From Octopus bimaculoides (taxonomy: Eukaryota): a stretch of DNA of 64,000 nt. The stretch spans positions 80,750,185-80,814,184 of the forward strand of contig NC_068988.1 of the NCBI RefSeq assembly GCF_001194135.2, given 5' to 3'. Below are positions 24,874-37,759 of this stretch, piece after piece. Made by a program: the position numbers and the translations under genes. Each line of letters starts with the position of its first letter. Within the stretch, counting starts at the first letter, position 1. Under the pieces are notes generated by a model. That model was not told the origin of the DNA. It worked only from the letters and a program-made list of their open reading frames with translations, and searched no databases.

Positions 24874-25429
24874 NNNNNNNNNNNNNNNNNNNNNNNNNNN
24901 NNNNNNNNNNNNNNNNNNNNNNNNNNNNNNNNNNNNNNNNNNNNNNNNNNNNNNNNNNNNNNNNNNNNNNNNNNNNNNNNNNNNNNNNNNNNNNNNNNNN
25001 NNNNNNNNNNNNNNNNNNNNNNNNNNNNNNNNNNNNNNNNNNNNNNNNNNNNNNNNNNNNNNNNNNNNNNNNNNNNNNNNNNNNNNNNNNNNNNNNNNNN
25101 NNNNNNNNNNNNNNNNNNNNNNNNNNNNNNNNNNNNNNNNNNNNNNNNNNNNNNNNNNNNNNNNNNNNNNNNNNNNNNNNNNNNNNNNNNNNNNNNNNNN
25201 NNNNNNNNNNNNNNNNNNNNNNNNNNNNNNNNNNNNNNNNNNNNNNNNNNNNNNNNNNNNNNNNNNNNNNNNNNNNNNNNNNNNNNNNNNNNNNNNNNNN
25301 NNNNNNNNNNNNNNNNNNNNTATATATAGATTTAATCAAAAGATTAAATGTGGTACTTAAAATGTTTGAGGCACCAGAATTTGGTAGGCTAAAAACCAAA
25401 AAACCAAATCAAGAGATTTGGTGAATAAA

Positions 25430-25680
25430 ATTTGAAGAAAAGCAACAAAAATTCAATAGGTTATAGCAGTATGTACGTTTCGTATAAACTTCATTTATTT
25501 ATGTAGTGAGAACACCACATAAGATGTGCAATGAACTAAAATTGAACTTCCATTATGCAGCTGAGGAGTACATTTTCATTGCACATTTTATGTGGTGTTC
25601 TCACTACATAAATAAATGAAGTTTATACGAAACGTACGTACTGCTATAACTTATTGAATTTTTGTTGCTTTTCTTCAAAT
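25430..25680. repeat. Inverted repeat, 106-bp arms with 39-bp spacer
   Basis: 25430-25535 is the reverse complement of 25575-25680 with 3 mismatches. Confidence 0.95.
25553..25650 (+). ncRNA. Type I hammerhead ribozyme with canonical core
   Basis: Stem I TTAT-GCAG / CTGC(T)ATAA; CUGAGGA 25561-25567; G10.1 25568 - C11.1 25628 closing an extended stem II; GAAA 25629-25632; stem III AC-GTAC-GT; GUA cleavage triplet 25638-25640. Confidence 0.8.
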
Positions 25681-25734
25681 ATATATATAAAAACGATTAA
25701 CCTACGTACCAATGGTTTCGCCTGTTACATATAT

Positions 25735-25951
25735 TCTTCTATTCTTTTATTTGTTTCAGTCATTTGACTGCAGCCATGCTGGAGCACTGCCTTTAGTCGA
25801 ACAAATCACCTCCAGGACTTATTCTTTGTAAGCCTAGTACTTATTCTCTCAGTGTCTTTTGCTGAACGGCTAAGTTACAGGATGTAAGCACACCAACATC
25901 AGTTTCCAAGTGATGGTGGTGGGTGGTGTGGGGACAAGCACAAACATGCAA

Positions 25952-25997
<46 letters not shown>

Positions 25998-26160
25998 GAC
26001 GGGCTTCTTTCAGTTTCTATCTACCAAATCCACTCACAAGGCTTTGGTCAGCCCTAGGCTATAGTAGAAGACACTTGCCCAAGGTACCATTCAGTGAGAC
26101 TGAACCCGGAACCATGTGGTTGATAAGCAAGCTACTTACCACACAGCCACTCTTGCACCT
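25735..26160 (-). mobile_element. CORE-type SINE (family A), full length with internal microsatellite
   Basis: tRNA-like head near 26155, CORE-like block, (TA)(CA) tract, 3' tail ...ggcagtgctccagcatggctgcagtcaaatgactgaaac. Confidence 0.9.
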
Positions 26161-27049
26161 ATATGTACCCAGTGAGTAGTTTTACCCAATGTTTGAGTAT
26201 AAACTGCTAGAAATGCAAAGGTGATGCCTTAGAGTTCCATTCTTACTGTTTCATCAATCCTTGGATTGGTACACTTTTTCATTAACCCAGAAAAGCAAAG
26301 GTGACCTTGATAGAATTTGAGCTGAGAACACAAAGCGTTGGAACAATTACCATGAGATATTCTATCCAAGACTCTAATCATCATTATCATCATCATCAAC
26401 AGTTAATGTCCATTTTCCATGCAGGCACAAGTTGAACAGCTTGACAGGAACTGGCAAAGCCAGGGGTGACATCAGGTTCCATAGACTATTTTGGCTTACT
26501 TTTCTACAGCTGAATGCCATTCCTAATGCCAACCACTTTACAGAGTATACAAGGTACACCAGCACCCACACCAATGCTTTTTACATGGCACCTTGGTTTT
26601 TAGGTAATGTCTCTGTTTATTTGCCACTTGAAGAGGGTTCAATTGATAGCATTGTTTCAGTGGTTAGTTTTATCATTTTTTTACTAACAGTGTCTCTATT
26701 GTTTCTTTTGACACTGTTACCATTGTCATCAGGATTATTGATTTCTATGAAAGACTGACAAGTACAGTATTTTTTTGACAAGGCTTCTAACACTTCACAA
26801 AGAAGACTCTAGTGATCATTCATTTTGCTGACAATTGAAGCCAGATTTCCCTCACATTACACATTCTGAAATTAGGAAGGACATGTGGGAAAATATAATC
26901 ATACATAAATGTAAAAAGGTGGAACAGTTTTTACCTGGAATGTATTTGATCACAGGTCTGCTTTATTTTGGCTGATTTAGAACTAAACAACATCAAAAAC
27001 AATTTATACCTATTTTATTGACCCCAGAAGGGTGACAAAGTTGACTTCA

Positions 27050-27340
27050 TGGAAGATTGTATAACACTCTGCCAATTCTACCACCCATCATTCTACAATC
27101 TCTACCATCCACTGCTCAACCAACTCTTCCACTTACCACTCTACCAATTAAACCATCCACTGCTTTATCAAATCTAACAACCATCATTCTAATAATTCTA
27201 CCACCTACTGCTTTATCAATTCTACCACCCTACTGATTCTATCAGCCATCACTCTACCAGTTGTATTATTATCCTCTCTTTACCAATTCTATTATCCTTC
27301 ACTCTACCACTCATTGCCCTATCAATTCTACCATCCACCA
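27050..27340. repeat. Degenerate tandem repeat of a ctaccatccactgctttatcaatt-like unit
   Basis: Recurring tctacca/ccact/tatcaattc modules. Confidence 0.6.
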
Positions 27341-27409
27341 CCTTTCTCGTGGCTATAATAAAGGTATAACTATTGATCATGTTTAACATTGTTTCTGATG
27401 CTAGCGATG

Positions 27410-27432
27410 TCATAAGTGCATGGTGAAATGAC

Positions 27433-27465
<33 letters not shown>

Positions 27466-27946
27466 CTACTCCTACTGTTACTTTTGCTATTAGTTCTGCT
27501 ATTGCTGCTACTGTAGCTTTTAGTACTTCAACCACTATTGCTGCAGTAACTACCACAAATGCTATTGCAACTGCTGCTACTGTTGTTGTTTCTAATGCTG
27601 GCACTACAGCTACTACCACCACTGCTACTACAACTGCTACTACTGTTGTTGTTGATAGGCTGACAGTTGATGCGTGATGAAGATAATAACACTGATGTGG
27701 GTGGTGACAATTATGTTACTGAGGAAAGATGTCAGTCTCGAAAAAAAAAGAAAAATAGTTGATTTTTGGATGCAAATGACTTTTGCTACTTCATCTCTTA
27801 ATTCTGTGCTCTGCTTTCAAATTCTGACTGTTGCACAGGGGTTAAACTTCATCCTTTCAAGGTCAATAAGGATTGATACAAGTCAGACTCTACCCACTCC
27901 ACATTAAAAAATTTGACCTTCAGCCTATGGTAAGAAAGGGTTTCAC

Positions 27947-28006
<60 letters not shown>

Positions 28007-28076
28007 CAGCAGTAGTAGTAGTAGTAGTAGTAGTTGTAGTAGTAGCAGCAGTAGTAGTAGTAGTTGTAGTAGTAGT

Positions 28077-28131
<55 letters not shown>

Positions 28132-28150
28132 ACAGCAGCAGCAGTAGTTA
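27410..28150. repeat. Trinucleotide microsatellite cluster: (CTA)n/(CTG)n then (AGT)n/(AGC)n
   Basis: Direct reading; long AGT/AGC tract at ~27946-28148. Confidence 0.95.
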
Positions 28151-29874
28151 TGCTGTTGATCTGTCTCAGGTCAAAGTGTTCCAACTATGACCCTCCAGTA
28201 TTTTACAATGGTAAGGTGTGATACCAGGGAGATCAGGGTGCTACATCTAACAGGTTGAGCAACTGTGCAGAAACTGGCTCATGTTTCAGTATTAGTGTAA
28301 TGTCACAGCAGGGGCTAAATGGTTAAGAAATTTGCTTCATAATTATGACATCCCAGGTTCAACCCCACTGGATGGCGTTTTGATTTTGAATAAAACGTTT
28401 TTTAACCACAACCTTAGATTGCCCTAAGCCATGTGTTTAGAACTGGGTGGATGGAGACTGCTGAAAGCCTGTCGCATGGATTGTACTTCTAATTTAATGG
28501 TACAGCCTTGTCGGGATCCACACTAAACCACCCTAAGACCAAAACCCACCTCTGGACTATGTGAATGAGAGGAAGACCATGGAGGAATGGAAGAATTTCT
28601 GAATGGCCTAGGGCACAGTATCAGGTTATAGTAAAATGAACTTTATATGAACCTCAACACTTAATGAGGTTTTTAATATTTGTTTTAATTTTTCAAAGAT
28701 ATGGTATGTTCTTTTTAATATGCTTATTTTTGTGATTGGGGTTATATAATTACTGTAATATTTTACATCTCAGAAAAGTGTTCATAAACTATCAATAAAT
28801 AAGAATTGAAATTATGTTTTAAAAATTGCTTTTTTTTTTTTGTCCTAGTGGAATTTTGTCCTTAGGGTTTTTTTCCCTTGAATGTTCTGTCCTAAGGGGT
28901 TTTGTCCTACACTCAGCCTTGTCACACTGTTACACAGACTCTACCTGACAACTCCATTAAAAGTACACATGTCTGGGGAATACTCTGCCACTTTCATACT
29001 AATTCAATGAACAAGAAATTCAGCTTAATGCCATCACTGAAACTGATGGCGATCCATTATTTAAGTGTGGGGTACTGCCTCTTGCTGCTACTACTACTAC
29101 TACTGCTGATGCTGTTGCTGATGATGATGATAATGATGAGGATGATGCCTTGCTACTATTGCTGTTATTGTTTTTGCTATTGTTGTTAATGTTGTTGTGC
29201 AGTCAGACATGCAGTCTTTCCCAGTCGCCCCATAGGCTGATAATTTCTCTTGATGGGGGTCATTGTGCTGATACTCTTTTGAGTGAGACTTGTATGAAGG
29301 AGGGGAAAATAGTGTCAGTGTAGTAATAATGATGATGCTGATGTTGTAGCTGTTGCTTGCACTGTTATTATTACTGATGCAGCTGGTTTTCTGCCAGCAA
29401 ACATGTAATGCAGTGACTGCCGCAGCAACAGCTGCTGCTACCGGGTTTCATGCATTCCAACTGCAAGTAATCTTCATTTCTACTGGAGAAAGTTCAATGA
29501 ACTGAGGAGAATGTGAAGTGAAATAAGGCAGAATGTGAGGAGGAGTGAAAGGGGGGAGGGGGAGACAGAGACGTATAGACAGAAAGTTCAGTACTTCTTA
29601 ATGTACTCTTGGAGCTGATTTTAGTGGTGTTAACAGTTGGCTGTCATTAAGAGTTGGCTGTGTGGTTAAGAAGCTTTCTTCCCACCCGTGTACTTTCAGG
29701 CTCAGCTCCACCCACTGTATGGTACATTGAGAATGTGTCTTTTATTATAGCCCCAGACCAGCCAGAGCTTTATGAGTGGATGTGGTGGATTTGTTAGATG
29801 GAAACTGAATGAAGGTAATTGTGTGCATGTGTGTGTGTGTATGCATATATATATGTGTGTGTGTGTGGTGTGTG

Positions 29875-29911
<37 letters not shown>

Positions 29912-29963
29912 ATATATACTTACAAGATGAGCAAAAGTGTCCATACACTGCTATATTTATATA

Positions 29964-30934
29964 TGTTGTGTCTTGCTTGACACTGATATGTCCCACATTA
30001 TAACGATGTACTTCATCATCTGTGTGACTGGCCCAAACAGCGTACCTCACCGACTGACACCACTTGTGTCTGTCCACAATTTATTTCTAGTGGAACAGGC
30101 CACTACTCTCACTCAGTGCTTGTCCTCCACAACACCTCTTCTTTTGAGATTTAAAAGAAAATTTTTTTCTTTACACTGCATTATATTCCCTTTTTTTTAT
30201 CTTCACACAGCATTATTATATATATTATTTTTCATATTCCATTTCTTTTTCTTCTTCTCCAGAATGTTCCAGGTAGTTCCAGCTCTACATTCTTCCCAGT
30301 AATGCTACAAATATATGAGCGACCTGACTGAAATCCTTCAACAGACTTGTATTATTATTTTTTTTTTCTTCTTCTTAACACCACATTATTATATATATAT
30401 ATTTTTTTCATATTCCATTTCTTTTTCTCCCACACACAAAATTTTTTTCTCCAGAATGCCTCAGGTAGTATTGGCTCTACGTTCTTACCAGTAGCACTAC
30501 AAACACATAGCAACCTGACTGAAATCCTTCAAACGGACTTATATTATTTTTTTCTGTGTCCCACTATTGTAGAGTGTGTGAAATTAGATTCCTTGTCACC
30601 ATTTTTATAAAGCGAGAGGATTTTCAATATTTTCCACTGTGTGTAGTTTGAAGCCTTCTTCAATAGGATTTTTTAATATTTTCCACTGTGTATTTCGAAT
30701 CCTTCTTCAACAAGATTTTTAATATTTTCCACTGCATGTAAGCTTTGAATCCTCATCACCACTGTTGTATCTTGCTCAACACTGATATGTCCCGCATTAT
30801 AATGGCATACTTTGTCGTTTGTGTGACTGGTCCGAATGATGTACCTTGCCAACTGACACCACCTTTTGTGTCTGTCCACTATTTATTTGTAGTGGGACAA
30901 CCCACTACTCTCACTCGGGGGTATCCTCCACAGC
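29964..30934. repeat. Nested local duplication (X-Y-Y-Z-Z-Z-X)
   Basis: X ~29964-30132 and ~30763-30934; Y ~30208-30360 and ~30383-30552; Z three ~46-48-bp units at ~30618-30752. Confidence 0.85.
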
Positions 30935-32002
30935 AATATATAAATCCAAAAAAATGGAACAAGAATGCAACAGACGGCAATAAAACATCCGGACAGATAG
31001 ACGATACAAAGACGGACAGGAAAAACAATGAAAAGACAGATAGGAAAAAACAAGGATGGGTCATTTGCATCCTTCTTTCAAGTTTCCAGATCATCCTTAC
31101 AGTTTTGGCCAGTTATACTTGAGACTGTTCAAATCTGGCTGGCCCCAAAAATGTAAGCTAAGAGCATTAAATATTTTGTGAGAAAGTAAGTGAATGTGTT
31201 CGACAACAAAGACAAAAAAATGGAGTGAACTGCTAAGTTACAGGGACATAAACACACCAACGTCGGTTGTCAATTGGGACAGACACAGACACATTAGGGG
31301 ACAGACACAGACACATAAGCATATGTACATACATATATATATATAATAATATAAATAATATATGCCTATATGGGTACAGGATGTTACTAACTGTAAACAG
31401 CATAAAGTTCGAAAACAAGCGAGAGAAAACAGGGAGAGAAAAAATTGAAAACAGGACAAGTAATACAAAGAACGACCCTTCATCAACTGTTGGCTGTCCA
31501 TCTACTCCTCATTTCAAGCATTCAACGACAATGTGAGTCTTCAAAGACAGTTGCTTCCAAAAATTCCAAAATAAAGTTTTGAATTTATGGAGGATCAAAG
31601 TTGGGAACAAAAGCACGTCAGTGGAAACATACAAGGAAGCTGAAAGAAAACAATCACGGAGGGTTGTTAGACCAGAACGAGGAGGAAAATAGTGAACGCT
31701 GGAAGAAATATTTTCTTTGAAAAGAGAAAAGATAGAAGAGTGGGATAGAAGATGTCCAGTCTTTAGAACATCGCGTAGGAAAAGGAAGATGGACGATGGT
31801 CATGTGTGAGCAACGAGAGAGAGAAAAGGAGAAAGAGGAGGAGAGAGAGGAGACAGAAAATGGTGAAGGAGAGAAAAAGGGAATTAGAGAAGGATGTGGG
31901 AGAAAACAGTATAGGGTAGAGTCGCATGAAAAAAGTTAAGATAAACTTACTTGGAAATGGATGCGTGGTGTTCAATTAAATAATAATATAAGTATGTATG
32001 TA

Positions 32003-32037
<35 letters not shown>

Positions 32038-33334
32038 NNNNNNNNNNNNNNNNNNNNNNNNNNNNNNNNNNNNNNNNNNNNNNNNNNNNNNNNNNNNNNN
32101 NNNNNNNNNNNNNNNNNNNNNNNNNNNNNNNNNNNNNNNNNNNNNNNNNNNNNNNNNNNNNNNNNNNNNNNNNNNNNNNNNNNNNNNNNNNNNNNNNNNN
32201 NNNNNNNNNNNNNNNNNNNNNNNNNNNNNNNNNNNNNNNNNNNNNNNNNNNNNNNNNNNNNNNNNNNNNNNNNNNNNNNNNNNNNNNNNNNNNNNNNNNN
32301 NNNNNNNNNNNNNNNNNNNNNNNNNNNNNNNNNNNNNNNNNNNNNNNNNNNNNNNNNNNNNNNNNNNNNNNNNNNNNNNNNNNNNNNNNNNNNNNNNNNN
32401 NNNNNNNNNNNNNNNNNNNNNNNNNNNNNNNNNNNNNNNNNNNNNNNNNNNNNNNNNNNNNNNNNNNNNNNNNNNNNNNNNNNNNNNNNNNNNNNNNNNN
32501 NNNNNNNNNNNNNNNNNNNNNNNNNNNNNNNNNNNNNNNNNNNNNNNNNNNNNNNNNNNNNNNNNNNNNNNNNNNNNNNNNNNNNNNNNNNNNNNNNNNN
32601 NNNNNNNNNNNNNNNNNNNNNNNNNNNNNNNNNNNNNNNNNNNNNNNNNNNNNNNNNNNNNNNNNNNNNNNNNNNNNNNNNNNNNNNNNNNNNNNNNNNN
32701 NNNNNNNNNNNNNNNNNNNNNNNNNNNNNNNNNNNNNNNNNNNNNNNNNNNNNNNNNNNNNNNNNNNNNNNNNNNNNNNNNNNNNNNNNNNNNNNNNNNN
32801 NNNNNNNNNNNNNNNNNNNNNNNNNNNNNNNNNNNNNNNNNNNNNNNNNNNNNNNNNNNNNNNNNNNNNNNNNNNNNNNNNNNNNNNNNNNNNNNNNNNN
32901 NNNNNNNNNNNNNNNNNNNNNNNNNNNNNNNNNNNNNNNNNNNNNNNNNNNNNNNNNNNNNNNNNNNNNNNNNNNNNNNNNNNNNNNNNNNNNNNGTAAC
33001 AGGTAGTAGGTAGTAGCAGTCTTAAAAGAATGTTTGATAAGAGTTCGAGTTCTTGGTTTTGATTGTTTAAACAGCAGTTGTAGCTGAGGCAGTGAACAAG
33101 AAGGAGGAGGAGGAGGAGGAGAAGGAGGAGAAGAAGAAGAAGAAGAAGAAGAAGAAGAAGAAGAAGAAGAAGAAGAAGGAGAGAGTGGTATAACAGTAGT
33201 AGGATGTTGGTGGAATACTCTTAAATGGTCAAGTGACCTAAAAGTGACCTGTTGTAGTTTTAATAGTAGTGATTGGAATTGTCCTGAATAATTTGATGGG
33301 TAGTGACTGTTCTGAATATATCATTTTTAATATT

Positions 33335-34910
33335 TGTGTGGGTATTATTCTAAGGCCCTTGTAGTAGTGTCATTTGTGGTAGTCTCATTCAAAAGGGGTT
33401 TATATTTTGTGATAAAATATGACTCTGTTAATACGCTGACTGCAGGTTGCATCGTCCCTAAATTTATAGAGTGGAAATATTCTGAAGTTGGATTGTTTGT
33501 TAGTGGCGCAAATGTTGATGCGTTCACTGAAGGCTATTTTTCTGTATTCCCGAATTTTGGTCTGAGATCTATGTAGAGCCATCCTTTGACTGTTTTTGGT
33601 TTGGCCTATGTATTGCTCTTGACATCCAGAGCAAGTTACTACATATATTAGGTTCTCCAAAGCACATGTAAAGTTGTTTTTCACTGTAAAACATTGACCC
33701 TGTTTGAAAGAGAACTCCGACCCCTCAATCAGGTTGACGCATATACCACAGTTAGGTCTTTCACATTTTTTTACTGACGGCTTCAGTGTTATTGTCAAGT
33801 GTACTTGGGCTTCTCTGTTAGGAGACTTTTCATAGATTTGGGTTGTTTTTGCTCTTTCTGATGGTGTGAATTTGGAGGATTTAATTCATTCTGTGGTCTC
33901 TTTTTAGTAGAGGAATGTTCTGGAGGATGGTGTCGAAGGCTTCATTGTTAAGGGGTTTGTGTGTGGAGATGTATGGTAGGGCTTTTGGTTGTAAATCCTT
34001 CTTTAGTTTGGGATGTCTGAGTTCATTGATGTTGAGTTGTAGGGCACGTTGAAAGCCTATATCAATTAGTAATGGTGGGTAGTTCATGGTAATGAGTGTA
34101 TCCTTTAGTTCATGTAGTCGTGTGTCCCTGGTGCTTGTATTAGAAACTATAGTACAAATCCCTTTTGCTAGGTTGAAAGGGATATTCATTCTAGTGTGTC
34201 TGGGGTGGCATGAGTTGAACAGTAGATACTACTTGGAGTCTGTGAGCTTATAGTATATATCTATTTCTGTTTTGTTGTTGGATTTCTTAATGAGGATGTC
34301 GAGGAATGGAAGTTGTTGATGGCTATATTCCATTGTAAATTGAATGTTTATGTCAAGTCCATTTATAAGTACTTGAAATTCCTTAAGTCGCTCTATACTT
34401 TCATGCTAAAGAATGAAACAGTCATCCATATGCCTATTCCAGTTATTTTCTATGTAGAGGGAGAATGGGTTGCCATATTTTTCTAGTACCTTACAATAAA
34501 GACTGATTTCTAGATATCCAATGACTAGGTTAGCAAAGGAGGGGGCCATTCTCGTACCCATCACAGTCCCTGATTTTTGTTGATAGAAGTTGTCTTTGAA
34601 GAAAAAGTAGTTATTCTCCAAGATGAATTTTAGCCCTTCTATTACAAATTCTTCTTTGATGCGATGTGGGAGTAATTCTCTAGCCAGAATTAAATTGCCT
34701 CTATTTCAAGGCTGTGAGAGATATTAGAATAGAGATTGACTATGTCAAAGAATACTAATAGGGTGTTTTTGTTTATTGTTTTAGGGAGGTAATTGAGCAT
34801 ATGTAGGCCATCCCTTATGTAGCTTTTGATATGCTTCAGGAATAGTTTTTAGAGGGTATCTAAAAAGTTACTGAGGTGATGGGTTTTTCATGCAGGACCT
34901 GCTATTATAG
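33335..34910 (-). mobile_element. Penelope-like element 2 (RT, Cys-rich linker, GIY-YIG; Neptune-like), decayed
   Basis: QKSGTVMGTRMAPSFANL (motif B), RHMDDCF (motif C), KKCERPNCGIC linker, LIYVVTCSGCQEQYIGQT (GIY-YIG). Confidence 0.92.
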
Positions 34911-34913
34911 GCC

Positions 34914-35572
34914 TTAATTGAAATGTTTTGGATCTTTGTGGTTTTTGTCACTGCATGTCAGAATCTTTTAAAAAAAATTTTAATGTGTCATATAGATGTA
35001 ATTTTTGACACTGAATCTGAATTTGTTATTCATTTATTCCATAAAAATTTTGCGAAAATGTTACAGGTGTTCAAAGTTTGATGTTTTTCAGAATTTTCTG
35101 CCAATCAGAAAACAGTGTATTCACTGCCTCTTCTATCAACTGTCACAGTAGCGAGAAAGGCTGGTGTCACTGGCATGTCAAAACATTAAACTAGCTACAG
35201 TAAAGAGTGAAAAAGGTTCTAGAATTGAATTCCTACAGTTATGTAAGCAAAGAGTTATAGAACACATGGTGGCTACACTCCTTGTGCACATTCGCAGCAT
35301 CTTTGGTTACTATGGAAACAGAGTTCTTCACAATCAGCTATGGAATTCATGGTGATGTGTAAAATATTCACTTTTGATTGGCTAAAATACCCAAATTTTG
35401 CAAACTTTAAAGGTTAATACCTTTTTAATTATGAATCTATGGGGAAAATGAATTTCATTTTCATAATTAATATACAAAACTTAATCCATATACCAAATTT
35501 GAAAACAACTGGAACAAAATTCTAGACAGTGACAATAACCACAAAAATCAGAAATATTTTAAAATAAATTAA
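34914..35572. mobile_element. Degenerate long-TIR non-autonomous DNA element
   Basis: 34931-34953 vs 35527-35549 are inverted with 21/23 match; inverted ccaatc/gattgg inner blocks; TTAA at both outer ends. Confidence 0.5.
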
Positions 35573-36314
35573 GATATCAGTAGTTCATGCTGACTGATGA
35601 TTTTTGATTAAATACTGTAGCAAACTGAAATTACCTCCCTCTATGTAACTAGACCTTAGGGATGGTCATTGTTTGAATGTTTATGATCATATCTGCTTAG
35701 CCAGGAATGAATCAGCACTAAACAACAACAGCCTGGATTTTATCAATTTTGTCCCACATGTCACTTCTGCTTTTTAGCAAACTGCTGTTTGAGCAATATT
35801 AATAAACACCAACAACAACAAGGTGTAACATATGTCAAAAAAACAAAAAAAAATTATTGGTGTTTTGCAATATTTTAGCATATTTAAGCCATGTTTATAT
35901 ATTGTTTATGATGTAAACTTTGTCTTAGAACAGATGTTTTAAGGGAACAACAAAAATGTTGTAATCGGTTGGCATGTATATATTTTCTATTTTTGTTTCC
36001 TGATTACATACCAATTTCTTTCATTCTGGTTTCTTTGTATATTTCATATACACTTCTGGTTTCCATAGTTTGTATATTCTCTTGTCTTACATTGGTTGAC
36101 TGTATTGTATGTAATAACTTTGGTGTATTACTACAGCCACCTTTGATCAGTTCTTTGACACAACTCTACAAAAAACTAGCACACATACAATCACCCCCCT
36201 CCCCCCTCTCCCCCTCTCTCTCTATCTATCTATCTATCAGGTTGTCAAGTATGAAATTTGTAGAAAAGAAAAAACGTTTGCTAATGTTTTATAAATACAA
36301 GGAATAGTTTTATT

Positions 36315-36610
36315 AATCAAAGTATGCACCCATATTGTCAATACACTTTTGCCATTTCAGTGGTAGCTTGTCCAGCCCAGAACTGTAAAAGCTCGGCAAT
36401 CTAGAGTCAATAAAGTTTTGGAAGGCCTGTTTTACAGCATTGTCAGAATTAAATTTTTTCTTATCAAAAAGTTATCCAAATTCTAGAAGAAGTGGTAGTC
36501 AATGGAGGCAAGATCAGGTGATTATGGTGGATGATGGAGAACTTCCAACTCCAACTCCTGTAGTTTCGTCAATGTCATTTTTGCGACATGTGGTCTGGCA
36601 TTGATAGAGA
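36315..36610 (-). mobile_element. mariner transposase C-terminal remnant
   Basis: NARPHVAKMTLTKLQEL..LHHPP*SPDLASIDYHFF...KWQKCIDNMGAYFD. Confidence 0.85.
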
Positions 36611-37344
36611 ACTCCAGTCAGGTTGTAAAGTTCTTTCTTTCCATGCTGGTTTGAAAAGTTATTGATTCCACCTTAGTGAGAGATCAACTCCAAGGTTGCC
36701 TTTTCTAGAAGAAATTTCGTTCAATAGTTTGGTTGAATTCCCCATCATTGCCAGTAACATGTGTATTGTCTGGGTCAATGACACCTCACAGCTTTACAAT
36801 TACTGATTTATAAAAACTTAGAAATTTAGACTATAAATTTGATTACAGTTATATGAACAAAATAAGACAACTAGAAATAAAAATGTACTTCATTTGAGAA
36901 TACATCTGTTCCCACACTGTTTTGAATGAGTTATTTCCTTTACCAGATAAGCTTTGTGGGGAGAGTGTGGATGTGTGTGGGCTGTCCTATATTATTCTTT
37001 GTCTATTTCTGGTCTAATTCAGACGTGTGTTGTAGTAGTACATTCAGTGATAATTCATTATACAATTCATGTGAAATATACCGTACAATTAGAGTTTGAA
37101 TAGTTGTTATGTGATAGTCCAAATAATTTCAACAGTTTCTCAGTGACAAGAATAGATTTACAAAATGCTTGATGTAAATTTATGCTAAAAATGTTGGAAA
37201 TTTTTGATTTGAAGAAACAGAAATGTTTACTAAGTCCAAAATCTAAAATAGAAAGGATCATATTTTGAAATTTAAATTAAAATCAAAGTTCTGTAATATA
37301 CTGAAACTTTATTGAGTTGAATTAAAATTTTTAATATGTAATTA

Positions 37345-37500
37345 CAATCATTCATCTGTCTTTATGTTCTGTTGAGGTTGACTTTGCCTTTCATCCTTTT
37401 GGGATTGATAAAATAAATGCCAACTGAGCACTGGAGTCAATATAATCAATTTACCACCACCCCTGAAATTGCTGGCATTGTGCCAAAATTTGAAATCAAT
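37345..37500 (+). mobile_element. SINE family B fragment
   Basis: gaggttgactttgcctttcatcctttt...gagcactggagtcaat. Confidence 0.8.
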
Positions 37501-37759
37501 ATGTTATATTGATGTCTCCTCTTTTGACTTGTCATCAAAATTTTATTAATTTGAAAATTCAAACCAAAAGAACAAAAAAAAAAAAATCTTAAAATGAATG
37601 ATTTTAAAAATGGTTTCAGACTCTCTTCCTGATTATGATTGAAGCAAATTGGTTACTTCATTTACAAAATTTGATTTTAACGAAAAGGGAGCCTACAAGG
37701 ATTATGGACCTTCTATCACTGAATTTAGGTGTGGGTGTGTGTGAGTGAGTGCCATAGCT

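Noticed and set aside
27410-28190. Poly-Ser, poly-Thr and poly-Val ORFs
   Set aside because: Translations of trinucleotide microsatellites with no splice or complexity support.
28520-28915. DNA transposon with ggacaaaacccc-type sub-terminal repeats
   Set aside because: Only the right end (ttttgtcc repeats ending acactc) is clear; no matching left TIR or TSD.
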